Source: an uncultured Chloroflexia bacterium (GTDB taxonomy: Bacteria; Chloroflexota; Anaerolineae; CG2-30-64-16). Taken from it: a DNA stretch of 64,000 nt. The notes under the pieces are model-generated. The model saw only the letters and a list, made by a program, of their open reading frames with translations, searched no databases and had not been told where the DNA came from. The position numbers and the translations under genes are program-made. Below are positions 18,424 through 28,319 of this stretch, one piece after another. How positions within the stretch are numbered: position 1 is the first letter of the stretch; each line of letters begins with the position of its first letter. Location: positions 374 through 64,373 of the forward strand of contig CAWJEL010000034.1 in the NCBI GenBank assembly GCA_963841825.1, read 5' to 3'.

Positions 18424-19989
18424 TCAGGATCGGGCTTCGCTCAGACTCTCGCCCATCCGGGCCACGAACTGATCGACCATGCGATACGATGAGATGATCG
18501 GGATCTTGGTCAGGAGGGTGGGCGGGCAGTTGGCTTTATAGGTCTGCGCGCTCACGTCGTAGCCGGCCGCGTTCATATGTTTCATGAGCGCGACCGCGTT
18601 GTCGGCCTGGTAGAAGCGGATAGCGCTGAGATGGCGTTGGCCTTCGATAGACTCGATAGCCTCCGGGAACTCGGTCGCAAGCTCGCACAGTTTATCGTTG
18701 TAGTAGTCGCCCAACCCGGCCACGTAGGCGCTGTTAGCTTCGACGAAGGCCATCGTGATGAGATAGGCGAGCGACGCAAGCTCTTCCTGGCCGTTCGTCA
18801 CCAGCGCGCCGAACTGATGCAAGAGGTCATACTCAGCCGTTGTCAGGATGCGCGACGCGGGGTACTGCCCGCCGGGGAATCCCTTGCCGACCGAGACAAA
18901 GTCAGGGTTGAGGCCGTACTCCCGGAAGATGAAGAGATCGGGCGACCAGATGCAGGATTGGATTTCGTCAACCAGGATCGGCACATCGCGGCCGCGGCAG
19001 AGGGCGTAAGCTGCGTGCAGGAATTCGGGGTGCAGCCGGATCGCGCCGTAGTTCATGAGCACGATTTCGTGGAAGAAGCCTGCGACCTTGTAAGGCGCCA
19101 CGTCCCATTGTGCCAGCGTGGCCTCAAAATCGGCGATATCATTGATTTTAACTGGCCGCACGACGTATGCGCCGTGCTCTGCCAGCTTGGCGCCGAGCTC
19201 GGGCCACATATCGCGCATCATTTGGGTAAGCATCGTGGTGCCGTGGTAGTTGGCCTTTCTGCCGCCCTCCTGGTCGGCGATGACCAGGAAGACCGGAGTA
19301 CGACCGGCATACTGGGGGTGCGGCAGGTTGTCCTCGAGACGGTAAAAGCGCGCCATCATGCACTTCAGGGCCGCTTCGACGGCCAGGCTGCCCGTTTCCA
19401 GGTTGAGCACGCGGTTGATTACATGCGGCTCGGCGGAGGCGCAGATGCGATCGAGGGCTGCCACATCGCCCCTGGAGACGCCGTTCGCCACGCGCACCAG
19501 CTCGCGTTCGAGCAGACGGGTGATGTGGCCCCGCGTATTGTTGTGCGTAGCATTGCAGATGCCGAGCCGCTCGGCATTGAGCAGCAAGCGGTAGCCTGGG
19601 AAGTCGTGGCCCAGCGCGGCGTGGTAGTGCTCCGATTTGGTGATGAGGTACAGCCGGCCATCCTCGCCGATGCGATAGAAGCCCATGCCGCCGAGTGGGG
19701 CCATGTCCTGATTGGTGGCCTTGCTCATCGGGATCGTGGTTGCGCCGGGCGAGGACGCGGCGAACCCTGGCGTGACGCGCTGGCCGACGGCTGTCAGCAG
19801 GCCGTCGAGACGTGCCGCGTAGGCCTCCGGGAAAAAGTCGATCTTCTCTTCCGCCAGCGCTCGGTAGGTGGCGATGTCCCCGCCATCGAGAAACGCTCTC
19901 GCCTCGCACAGCGCGTCGGTGTACTCGGCGCCTACCAGATCGGCGAGCGATAGACTGATGTTTTTAAGTTCACTGCGCTTAGCTGCCAC
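18424..19989 (-). CDS. Class-III (fold type I) PLP aminotransferase-like protein
   Basis: 521 aa with ILVDEIQS and FVSVGKGF (PLP-lysine context). Confidence 0.7.
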   Translation of the reverse strand: MAAKRSELKNISLSLADLVGAEYTDALCEARAFLDGGDIATYRALAEEKIDFFPEAYAARLDGLLTAVGQRVTPGFAASSPGATTIPMSKATNQDMAPLGGMGFYRIGEDGRLYLITKSEHYHAALGHDFPGYRLLLNAERLGICNATHNNTRGHITRLLERELVRVANGVSRGDVAALDRICASAEPHVINRVLNLETGSLAVEAALKCMMARFYRLEDNLPHPQYAGRTPVFLVIADQEGGRKANYHGTTMLTQMMRDMWPELGAKLAEHGAYVVRPVKINDIADFEATLAQWDVAPYKVAGFFHEIVLMNYGAIRLHPEFLHAAYALCRGRDVPILVDEIQSCIWSPDLFIFREYGLNPDFVSVGKGFPGGQYPASRILTTAEYDLLHQFGALVTNGQEELASLAYLITMAFVEANSAYVAGLGDYYNDKLCELATEFPEAIESIEGQRHLSAIRFYQADNAVALMKHMNAAGYDVSAQTYKANCPPTLLTKIPIISSYRMVDQFVARMGESLSEARS

Positions 19990-20067
19990 TTTGGCTCCTT
20001 GCCTGCCGGGTGACAGGCGACTTAGTGAGGTTTCGAATCGTCAATCAGTAACGTTTCGGTTTGAACT

Positions 20068-20096
20068 ACTTTACCGCATTCTTCGAAGCGTGTCAA
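20068..20096 (-). promoter_or_regulatory. Sigma-70-type promoter TTGACA-N17-TAAAGT with embedded TTCGAA operator-like motif
   Basis: Read on the minus strand it is TATTGACAcgcttcgaagaatgcggTAAAGT, about 80 nt upstream of the aminotransferase start at 19989. Confidence 0.55.
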
Positions 20097-20174
20097 TACT
20101 TCAGCGCGATTTCTGTGAAAACTTGGTCATCAAAAGGAACGCTCGAAACCGGTGTGAGGCGGCGTGGAACCGAT

Positions 20175-20978
20175 TTACTTTGTGTCGAGGCCCAGCAGGA
20201 ACTCGCAATAGATGCGGCCGGTCAGCTCGAGATCATTGAACCGGCTGTTGAGCTGCGGTAGGATCACCAATTGGGCAGAAGGCAGCAGTGCGGCCATCCG
20301 GCGGGCCAAAGCGATGGGATGAACCGGGTCGTTCTCCCAGGCGATGATTTGGACGGGACAGTGCAGGGTCGAGAACGGCGCGAGATCCAGGATCCAGTCG
20401 GCGACCGCGTCGCAGGCTACGGCAATGCTTTCGTCCTGGTGCGAATGCAGCATCGCCGCTAAGGTTGTTTTGGCGTCTTCACTGAGGCCCATCTCTGGCC
20501 ATTCGTTGGCGGCCGCCTCGACGATGATGCCCCCCGCGCCACGATCAGCAAACGCCTGCCCCAGCGCCTTAAGCCGATCCCGTCCCGGATTCGGGGTGTC
20601 ACCCAGGGCCGGGCCGGTAAGCAGGAGGCTCTCCACCCGCTCCGGCCAGCCGAACGCAAAGAGGAGGGCGGTCGCTGCGCCCATCGATTCCCCGCCGATG
20701 ACCGCCCGTTCGATCTCGAAAGCATCCAGGATGCGCGCCATGTCACCGGCCATGCGCTCCGGGGTGTAGAGGGCGGGGTCGGTGACGGGGGTGGAATCGC
20801 CGTGACCCCGCTGGTCGTACGTAACGATGCGATAGCGGTCGGCGAGCGGCAGCAGTTGTCTGCGGATGTAGCCCCGGTTATCGGTCAGGCCCGGCGCGAA
20901 GACCAGCGGCCTGCCTTCGCCGAAGGTCTCGGCTGCCAGCAACAGCCCATCGGACGCGACAAGGTGTGGTCGTTCCAT
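20175..20978 (-). CDS. Alpha/beta-fold hydrolase
   Basis: 267 aa with QRGHGDS and the nucleophile elbow GGESMGA. Confidence 0.8.
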   Translation of the reverse strand: MERPHLVASDGLLLAAETFGEGRPLVFAPGLTDNRGYIRRQLLPLADRYRIVTYDQRGHGDSTPVTDPALYTPERMAGDMARILDAFEIERAVIGGESMGAATALLFAFGWPERVESLLLTGPALGDTPNPGRDRLKALGQAFADRGAGGIIVEAAANEWPEMGLSEDAKTTLAAMLHSHQDESIAVACDAVADWILDLAPFSTLHCPVQIIAWENDPVHPIALARRMAALLPSAQLVILPQLNSRFNDLELTGRIYCEFLLGLDTK

Positions 20979-21036
20979 GATGGTTTTCCTTACAGCCTGG
21001 TGATGGACGCCAGGATTGGCGTTTGTCCAGCGCCGT

Positions 21037-22311
21037 TCAGGCGTAGTCGCGGTAACGCTCGACGCGCACCTGGGCGGTGAGCGCGTGGGCCAGCATACGC
21101 TCGACCTGGCACTGGCGGTCGGTCACCTCGCCGATGAGCCGGCTGGCCGCCGGGGTCATGCGCTGGTAGGTCACCGTCTTGAGAAACTTGCCGACCCACA
21201 GGCCGCCCGTGTAGCGCGCCGAGCGACTGGTGGGCAGGATGTGATTGGTGCCTATCGTCTTGTCGCCATACGCCACCGTGGTTTCCTCGCCGATGAACAG
21301 CGAGCCGTAGTTGCGCAGCCGGTCCAAATATCCGTCGGGTTCCTGGACATGGAGTTCCAGGTGCTCGGGCGCCCAGTCGTCGCTGATCGTGATGGCCTCG
21401 GCGCGATCCCGGGCGATGTAGATCCGGCCGTTATCGCGCCACGATAGGGCAGCGGTTTCGCGCGTGGGGAGCACCGCCAGTTGGCGCTCAAGCGCCGCGT
21501 GCGCGGCTTGGGCAAATGCCTCGCTGAAGCACACCAACGCGATCCCGCTGTTCGGGTCATGTTCGGCCTGGCCGAGGAGGTCGCAGGCTACCAGCATGGG
21601 ATCGGCCAGATCGTCGGCGATCACCAGGATTTCCGTGGGCCCGGCCAGAAGATCGATGCCGCAGCGTCCGTAGAGCTGGCGTTTGGCCTCCGCCACGTAT
21701 TTATTGCCCGCGCCGCAGATGATATCGACCGGCTCGAAGACGCCCATGCCGAAGGCCATCATCGCCAGCGCCGGCACGCCGCCCAGGACGAAGATGCGAT
21801 CGGCGCCGGCCCGATGCATGGCATTAATGGTGGCGCCGTAGTAGCCCTCGCCCCTGATCGGCGGCGTGAACGCGTAGATGTTGTCGACGCCGGCGACCCG
21901 CGCCGGGATGATGCTCATTTGGGCCGAACCAAACATCGGGTAGCGCCCGCCCGGGATGTAGCTTCCCACCGACTGCACAGGGATGTGCTTGTGGCCGAGG
22001 ATCACGCCCGGTTGGGACTCGATCTCCAGCGGCAGCATGGTCCCAAGCTGGGCTTGTGCGAACCGGCGGACGTTTGCCTGGCAGAACGCCGTATCGGCGA
22101 TCAGTTGCGGATCGAGCCGGGCGATGGCTGCGTCGATCTGGCCGGGGCTGAGCTCGAATTCGGGCGGATTCCAGTCATCGAATTGCGCGCTGTACCTGCG
22201 TACGGCGTCCAGGCCGTGCGCCTCCAGGTCAAGGAGCATCTCCGACACGATGCGCGCCGTTTCAGGATCTTTTTCGAAGAGCCGGTGGCCGCCCTGTTTG
22301 TATAGATGCAT
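21037..22311 (-). CDS. Histidinol dehydrogenase (HisD) family dehydrogenase
   Basis: 424 aa with GPTEILVIADD, GQAEHDPNS and GTNHILPT. The context argues for a non-histidine role. Confidence 0.8.
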   Translation of the reverse strand: MHLYKQGGHRLFEKDPETARIVSEMLLDLEAHGLDAVRRYSAQFDDWNPPEFELSPGQIDAAIARLDPQLIADTAFCQANVRRFAQAQLGTMLPLEIESQPGVILGHKHIPVQSVGSYIPGGRYPMFGSAQMSIIPARVAGVDNIYAFTPPIRGEGYYGATINAMHRAGADRIFVLGGVPALAMMAFGMGVFEPVDIICGAGNKYVAEAKRQLYGRCGIDLLAGPTEILVIADDLADPMLVACDLLGQAEHDPNSGIALVCFSEAFAQAAHAALERQLAVLPTRETAALSWRDNGRIYIARDRAEAITISDDWAPEHLELHVQEPDGYLDRLRNYGSLFIGEETTVAYGDKTIGTNHILPTSRSARYTGGLWVGKFLKTVTYQRMTPAASRLIGEVTDRQCQVERMLAHALTAQVRVERYRDYA

Positions 22312-22328
22312 ACGATGATTTCCCCTTC

Positions 22329-23936
22329 CTATTGGTCCATCAGCGCCATTCGCCCGGGCCGGAAGATACGATCGTCCATCAGCGCAAGCTGGCTGCTAAT
22401 GAGCGGCCGGAACGCCATCCTGGCCAGAACGTCGCGCTGGAGGTCGATGCCCGGCGCGATCTCGATCAGTTCCAAGCCAGCGCGTGTCAACCGGAACACG
22501 CAGCGCTCGGTCACGTACAGGACGGGCTGGCCGGCCTGCGCGGCCATCGTGCCGCTGAACGTGACATGATCGACGTGATCGACGAACTTGGGCGCCCCAG
22601 TATCCTGTTCGATCATCAGCTTGCCGTCTGCAACCCAGATCTGAGAGTCGCCCACCATGAACGTACCCACGAACACGACCCGCTTGGCGTTTTGGCTGAT
22701 GTTGATGAAGCCGCCCGCGCCGGCCAGCCGCGGCCCAAACTTGCTCACGTTCAGGTTCCCGTGCCGGTCGGCCTGGGCCAGGCCCAGCACGGCCAGGTCC
22801 AGCCCGCCGCCGTCGTAGAAGTCGAACTGGGCTGGCTGGTCGATCAACGCGTCCATATTCGTAGATGCGCCGAAGTTCAGCCCACCAGCCGGGATGCCGC
22901 CGATCGTGCCCGGCTCGGTGGTGAGCGTCACGGCATCCAGGATGCCCTCTTCATTGGCGATGCCGGCCACCAACTCGGGCACGCCGATGCCCAGGTTTAC
23001 GACCATGCCCGGCCGTAGCTCCAGCGCCGCGCGGCGGGCGATGATCGTGCGCATCTCCAGCGGCAGCGGGGCCAGGCTGGCCGCCGGCACCCTGATCTCG
23101 CAACTGAAGGCCGGGTCATAGTCGGTCGCAAAGGTTTGGCAGTGATTCTCCGGCCGGGCGACGACGACGCAATCGACCAGGATGCCGGGGATCTTTACCT
23201 GGCGAGGGGGCAGCGTGCCGGGTTCTGCTAAGCGTTCCACCTGGACGATGGTGCGGCCGCCGGAATTTCTTGCGGCCATGGCCAGCGCCAGCACCTCCAG
23301 CGTCAGCGCCTCCCGCTCCATGGTGATGTTGCCGCGAGGATCCGCAGTCGTGCCGCGCAACAGAGCGATGTCGATCGTCAAGGGCTTGTAGGCCAGGTAC
23401 TCGCGGCCGTCGAATGCGATCAGCTCGACGATATCCTCGGTCGTGCTCGCGTTGAGCTTGCCGCCGCCGTTGCGCGGGTCCACGAACGTGCCCAGCCCCA
23501 CGTGCGTGATGGTGCGCGGCTTGCCCGCAGCCGCGTCCCGGAACATGTGTGTGATCACGCCCTGGGGTAGGTTGTAGGCCAGGATCTTATTTGCCAGGGC
23601 CAGCCTCTGCAGTTCGGGAACCAGCCCCCAGTGGCCGCCGATCACCCGCCGCACCAGCCCTTCGTGCGCCAAGTGGTTCAATCCGCGGCCCTTGCCGTCC
23701 CCCTGGCCGGCCGCGTAGATCAGCGTCAGATCGCGCGGGGTTCCGGTCGCCAGGAAACGCTCCTCCAGCCTGATGGCAAGCTCTTCGGCGAAGCCGATGC
23801 CGACGAACCCGCCCGTGGCGACCGTGTCGCGGTCACGGATCAGGCCCACGGCCTCCTCGGCCGAGACAACCTTGCCGCGGCCACGCGGGGCTGCCCGGGC
23901 GACAGCCCCGGTGGGTTCGCTCATCGCGTCAGTCAT
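22329..23936 (-). CDS. Fused family-I CoA-transferase (YdiF / acyl-CoA:acetate-3-ketoacid type)
   Basis: The start MTDAMSE overlaps the upstream stop (ATGACTGA). Shows [15 protein letters not shown] and [22 protein letters not shown]. Confidence 0.8.
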   Translation of the reverse strand: MTDAMSEPTGAVARAAPRGRGKVVSAEEAVGLIRDRDTVATGGFVGIGFAEELAIRLEERFLATGTPRDLTLIYAAGQGDGKGRGLNHLAHEGLVRRVIGGHWGLVPELQRLALANKILAYNLPQGVITHMFRDAAAGKPRTITHVGLGTFVDPRNGGGKLNASTTEDIVELIAFDGREYLAYKPLTIDIALLRGTTADPRGNITMEREALTLEVLALAMAARNSGGRTIVQVERLAEPGTLPPRQVKIPGILVDCVVVARPENHCQTFATDYDPAFSCEIRVPAASLAPLPLEMRTIIARRAALELRPGMVVNLGIGVPELVAGIANEEGILDAVTLTTEPGTIGGIPAGGLNFGASTNMDALIDQPAQFDFYDGGGLDLAVLGLAQADRHGNLNVSKFGPRLAGAGGFINISQNAKRVVFVGTFMVGDSQIWVADGKLMIEQDTGAPKFVDHVDHVTFSGTMAAQAGQPVLYVTERCVFRLTRAGLELIEIAPGIDLQRDVLARMAFRPLISSQLALMDDRIFRPGRMALMDQ

Positions 23937-25044
23937 GGATGGTTGCCTCCCCAATCTGCGTTCCTCCGCGTTGGTCCGTGTCCCCTCTCCTGTTTGCGGG
24001 CCGCACAAAGCGGTGCTGGTGAACCGCATCCCGCATGGCGTAGAAGTTCTCCACCGGGATCAGTTGGTGCAGATCGTGGCTGGAGGCGCAAATATAGCCT
24101 CCGCCACCTGCCAGCCGGTCGATATGATCCTGGACCTCGCGGGTAATCTCTTCCCGCGAGCCGTGCAGCAGAACGCCGTCCACATCGATATTCCCGCACA
24201 GGGCGATACGATCCCCGTACTTCTCCTTGATTTCGTAAATGTCCTGTAACCCGGCGCACGGTTCGAGGGGATTAAGGACGTTGATACCCATCCGAATGAA
24301 GTCCGGGATCATACGGGTGATGTTGCCGTCGACATGATGGAACACCAGTCTCCCGTGCGCTTTGGCCATTTGGACTTGCTGGCGCAGGTAACGTGTTTCC
24401 AGCCGCTCCAGCATCGCCGGGCTGCACATCGGTCCGGTTTTGGTCACAAACGCCGATCCTATCTTGATGACCTCCACCGGAAAGTGCAGGAAGGTTTCCA
24501 GTTCCCGCAGACACCAGTCCTGGATGATATGGATAAACTCCTCGACGAACTCGGGACGCCACTTGGCGTTTAGCCAGAAATCTTCATATCCCATCGCCGT
24601 GGCCGTCACGAAAGGAGCCGACTGGGTATTGCACACGACGCCTATTCCCGTGCCCTGCAGCCGATTCAGCAGTTCCTCCAGGCGGCGCTGCTGCAAGTCC
24701 AGGTCGGGAAACCAGATATCCTTCAGATCATCCGGCGTCTTAATCATCCCGTCGATATAGTGGAGACGCCCCTCAGCGTCCACCCGCTGCTTTCGGCCCA
24801 GCCGCCAGATGTGGGAAAAAAAGATCATATCGTTGCCCATGCGCCGGTTGAGCTCGATGTAGTCGGGGATGGGTAACTCAAAAACCAGCCGATCCATGGG
24901 GAGAGCTATGCCCAGGATCTGCCGTGCCAGGGCCATATCGGGCCCGATCTCAAACAGGGGAATCTCCTGCGTTTCGATGTGCCGGGCGGCATCCAGAAAC
25001 CGCCTTTTGTCCGGATTTCTCATGCGCGGCTTCCCTTCATACAT
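23929..25044 (-). CDS. URO-D family protein
   Basis: 371 aa with [36 protein letters not shown] and [10 protein letters not shown]. Confidence 0.8.
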   Translation of the reverse strand: MYEGKPRMRNPDKRRFLDAARHIETQEIPLFEIGPDMALARQILGIALPMDRLVFELPIPDYIELNRRMGNDMIFFSHIWRLGRKQRVDAEGRLHYIDGMIKTPDDLKDIWFPDLDLQQRRLEELLNRLQGTGIGVVCNTQSAPFVTATAMGYEDFWLNAKWRPEFVEEFIHIIQDWCLRELETFLHFPVEVIKIGSAFVTKTGPMCSPAMLERLETRYLRQQVQMAKAHGRLVFHHVDGNITRMIPDFIRMGINVLNPLEPCAGLQDIYEIKEKYGDRIALCGNIDVDGVLLHGSREEITREVQDHIDRLAGGGGYICASSHDLHQLIPVENFYAMRDAVHQHRFVRPANRRGDTDQRGGTQIGEATIHD

Positions 25045-25069
25045 CTCCGCCTTGAGCCCGCGCTCATGA

Positions 25070-26119
25070 TCAGGCAGGTTTTCCCGCGCCCGCGCCGGCG
25101 ATCAGCCGCGCCGCGTTGTTGTACATCACATCCGCGATGTCCTCGGCGCTCAGCCCGACCAGTTCCGCGGCCTGGCGAAAGGCCAACAGCTCCTCGTACA
25201 TGAAGAATGAGAGCTGGGAACCTTCCTCCTCGCTCACCTCGCGCATGTGTGTGTCGTCGCTGACGTCACCGTAGAGGCCGGGCGGCACTAAATTGACATA
25301 ACTTCCACTTTCACAGATACGGCGCATCCGCATCCGCACGATCGGCAGGTCGCTGCCGAAGACCACGCGCTTGGGCCCGACCGCCCGCAGAAGCTGCTCC
25401 ATCGCATAGGCGCTCGTGTTGGCGCAGAAGTCAAAGTGCATCCGCCGCGCATCCTTGAGGATGTCGAACGCGTCCCCCACGTCCTCCGGGCAGTAGGCGC
25501 GGCCGATATGCGCGATCACTAACCGGACGTTGGGGTAACGGTGCTCGATCTCCAGCATCATCTCCAGGTTGAGCGGATCGCGCAGCCGGCCGCGCCGCGG
25601 GATGTGCAGCATCACGATCCAACCGTGCGCATCCGCCACTTCGAGGTGGTAGCGGGGCAGGAAGTCGAAGATCGAGATGTCATCCGACGGGATGTGTGGC
25701 GGCGCCCATTCCAGGTAAGGTTTCAGCCCCAGGAAGCCGCCTTCGACCACGCGTGCCTCCAGTTCCTGGGCCGTCCACGCAGGGGTCGTCACCAGGAAGC
25801 TCGATAACCCCTGCTGCGCGGCTGCCTGGCTTACGTACTGGTTGCTGCGGTCCAGGTCATACTCCTGGGTAGCGGGGCCGAAGATGACCGGGGTGACTGT
25901 CTGCCGAGGGAACATCCGACGGTAAGTCTCCAGCAAGTCCGCGATCGGGTTTTCGGCCGCGACGCGGCCCGGCCATGTTGGGCCGCGCCTGGCGACCGTA
26001 GAGATTTGACGGTGGGCGCCAAGCCAAATGTGGGTGTGGATATCAATGATCCTGGGGGGCAAGTAGTCCAGATGTTTCTCGTAAAATAACCTGTCTACAG
26101 GTTTGATCTCTAGTTCCAT
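25070..26119 (-). CDS. Amidohydrolase_2-type metal-dependent TIM-barrel hydrolase/decarboxylase
   Basis: 349 aa with IIDIHTHIW (HxH) and VVFGSDLP. Confidence 0.8.
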   Translation of the reverse strand: MELEIKPVDRLFYEKHLDYLPPRIIDIHTHIWLGAHRQISTVARRGPTWPGRVAAENPIADLLETYRRMFPRQTVTPVIFGPATQEYDLDRSNQYVSQAAAQQGLSSFLVTTPAWTAQELEARVVEGGFLGLKPYLEWAPPHIPSDDISIFDFLPRYHLEVADAHGWIVMLHIPRRGRLRDPLNLEMMLEIEHRYPNVRLVIAHIGRAYCPEDVGDAFDILKDARRMHFDFCANTSAYAMEQLLRAVGPKRVVFGSDLPIVRMRMRRICESGSYVNLVPPGLYGDVSDDTHMREVSEEEGSQLSFFMYEELLAFRQAAELVGLSAEDIADVMYNNAARLIAGAGAGKPA

Positions 26120-26141
26120 GGGATGATACCTCCTGGGATTC

Positions 26142-26285
26142 CACTACAGCCGCACTTGTCCTCAGGCGCGGGCGCTGCGGCCTCATATCTGAGCTAGGTC
26201 GAAGCGCCGCGCTCACTCTTGCGCATCCCCGCCTTTCGATCGCGAAGCACTCAAGGTGCGTTGGGGGGAAGTGCGGTTGTAGTAC
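26142..26285. repeat. MITE-like inverted-repeat element, family 2 (copy 1)
   Basis: Termini are CACTACAGCCGCAC and GTGCGGTTGTAGTAC, with internal CGCCTTTCGA...ACTCAAGG. The second copy lies at 55432-55554. Confidence 0.7.
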
Positions 26286-27070
26286 TAACCAGCCTCGCCG
26301 TCCAGCACGCCGTCCAGCTCTTCGCTGCACCGTTTGAGCACGTTCATCAGCGCGAAATCGCCGCCCCAGGGCACGATCTGCGCGCCCAGCTTACGGTAGC
26401 GGGCCAGGTCCTCTATGCTGCCGGCCGTGATGCCCCACGCGATCCCATTTCGCTGCGCGACTGCGGCAACGCGTGAAACCACGTCCGGGATGGACAGCGG
26501 GCTGCTGCTGGTGCGCAGACGTAGCCCCAGATCCCCTGGGCCGATGAAGATACAGTCGATGCCCGGCACGGCCGCGATTGCCTCAAGATTCTCGACGGCT
26601 TCGGGAGTCTCGATCTGGGCGACGATGAACGTCTCGCGGTTTGCGTCCTCGAAGTAGGTCGTGTTCGGTACCCATACTTCGATGCCATAGTCGCCGTCCA
26701 GACCGGCGCCATCTACCCCGCGGTTGCCCAGGGGTGGGAACTTGACCGCCTCGACTACCCAGCGAGCGATCTCCGGCGTCGAGACAAACGGAACCATGAA
26801 ACCGGCCGCGCCTTCTTCCAGGTAGTGATAGAGATGCGATCGCCCGGTGGTCTGCGGCCGCACCATGCAGTCGATGTCGTTGTGGTAGCAGGCCGCGATG
26901 ATCGCCTGGACCTCGCGATCGTTCATGGTGCGGTGTTCCAGGTCGAGCCAGATGCCGTCATAGCCGAAGTGGGCGGCATGGCGGATGAAGAAGGGCAGAT
27001 AGTGCCCGGTCCCGCAGATGCGGGCAAACTGCCCGCTGCGGAGTTTGGCCAGGACCTTGCTTTTTCTCAC
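26285..27070 (-). CDS. HpcH/HpaI family aldolase (2-keto-3-deoxy-sugar-acid aldolase type)
   Basis: GTG start 6 nt after AAGGAG, overlapping the upstream stop (GTGA). Shows IWLDLEH and FIVAQIETPEAVENLEAIAAVPGIDCIFIGPGDL. Confidence 0.85.
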   Translation of the reverse strand: MRKSKVLAKLRSGQFARICGTGHYLPFFIRHAAHFGYDGIWLDLEHRTMNDREVQAIIAACYHNDIDCMVRPQTTGRSHLYHYLEEGAAGFMVPFVSTPEIARWVVEAVKFPPLGNRGVDGAGLDGDYGIEVWVPNTTYFEDANRETFIVAQIETPEAVENLEAIAAVPGIDCIFIGPGDLGLRLRTSSSPLSIPDVVSRVAAVAQRNGIAWGITAGSIEDLARYRKLGAQIVPWGGDFALMNVLKRCSEELDGVLDGEAG

Positions 27071-28303
27071 GGATGACTCCTTGAAGTGGGTTGATTGAAA
27101 TGTCGTGCAGACTGCACGAACCACGTTACCTTGCCCGGCGGGGTGTCGAGTGTAAACGGGCTGCCCTGGCACAGGACGAACCCTTTAGCACGCTGTCCCA
27201 GCGTGAGCTGTCGGTGAACTTCGGCCTGAATCGTTTCCCTGGCTCCGTCGAGCATTACCTGGACCGCATCGACGTTGCCAAACACGCAGCAGGCGCCGTC
27301 TACCCCTGCGATCACATCGGCGATGTCCACCGAGAAGCCCTTCTTGCTCTCCTCGACGGCCAGCGCGTCCATGCCGAGCCGTCTAAGCCAGGGCAGCCGC
27401 GGGATCACATCACCGCAGTAGTAGAGAATGACCGTCAGGCCGAGTCGCTTTGCCTCCGCAATGTACGGGCCAGCCGTCGCGTAGGCGAAACGTTCGTAGT
27501 CCCGGGGCGAGATCAGGTCGGCGGATGAGAGACACTCTTCCAGCCACAGGTAGCGAACGCCTGCCGCGGCCTGGCCGGCCAACAATGCCATGCGCTGGCG
27601 GCCGCGACGCTCCATGAGATAGGTGAAGAGCTCGGGCTTTTCGCGCATCATCACCATCATTCCCTGGAACCCCACCAGCCCATACGTTGACCAGAATGGG
27701 GTGGGCGCGATGCAGGACAGCGGCACCCGGTCGCCGATGCGTTCGGCCAGGATCTTCGTTACCTCGAAGACACCTTGCGCGGCCAATTCGTCGGTGGATC
27801 GGATAGGCACGAGCGCGTCAACATCGGCGCGGGTGTCCAGCCCGGCCGACTCATCCCAAACATCGGCGGTTGCGGTTCGGGCAGGGTAAGCGTAGCGGGT
27901 TGCGGTGGGCAACATCAGCCGGCCGGGCTCGTCCATGTCCAGGGTTTCGCCGCTCTCCTTGTCCACGTAGAGCCAGCGGCCCTCGGTGAAGCGCATCTCC
28001 CCGCGCTCGGCCCACTCGCGCGTCTCGGCCGGGTGGGTGTGGATCCAGTCGGGCTGCTCCTCGAGGCTTTCATAGGCGCCGAGAATGGCCTCGGCGCGCA
28101 AGCGTGCGTCCTCAGCGTAGTCGATGCTCACAGCCCCGCACTCCGGGGCGGCGAACTGCGCGGAGAGCTTGCGTTCGTAGGCCAGCGCGATAGAGGCGCT
28201 GGGTCTGCGCATCCAGGTAGAGGCTGAGGTAGGCGGGCGCGACTGCGGGCACATCGGTGGGTTGGCCCGCGATGGCTTTTTGTAGACGTTCCCTGGCATT
28301 CAT
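27067..28303 (-). CDS. URO-D family protein, one frame break near 28195
   Basis: The N-terminus MNARERLQKAIAGQPTDVPAVAPAYLSLYLDAQTQ continues in the frame of ORF 27067-28299 (LAYERKL...YYCGDVIPRLPWLRRLGMDALAVEE...). Confidence 0.75.
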
Positions 28304-28319
28304 CCGCAACGATTCCTCT

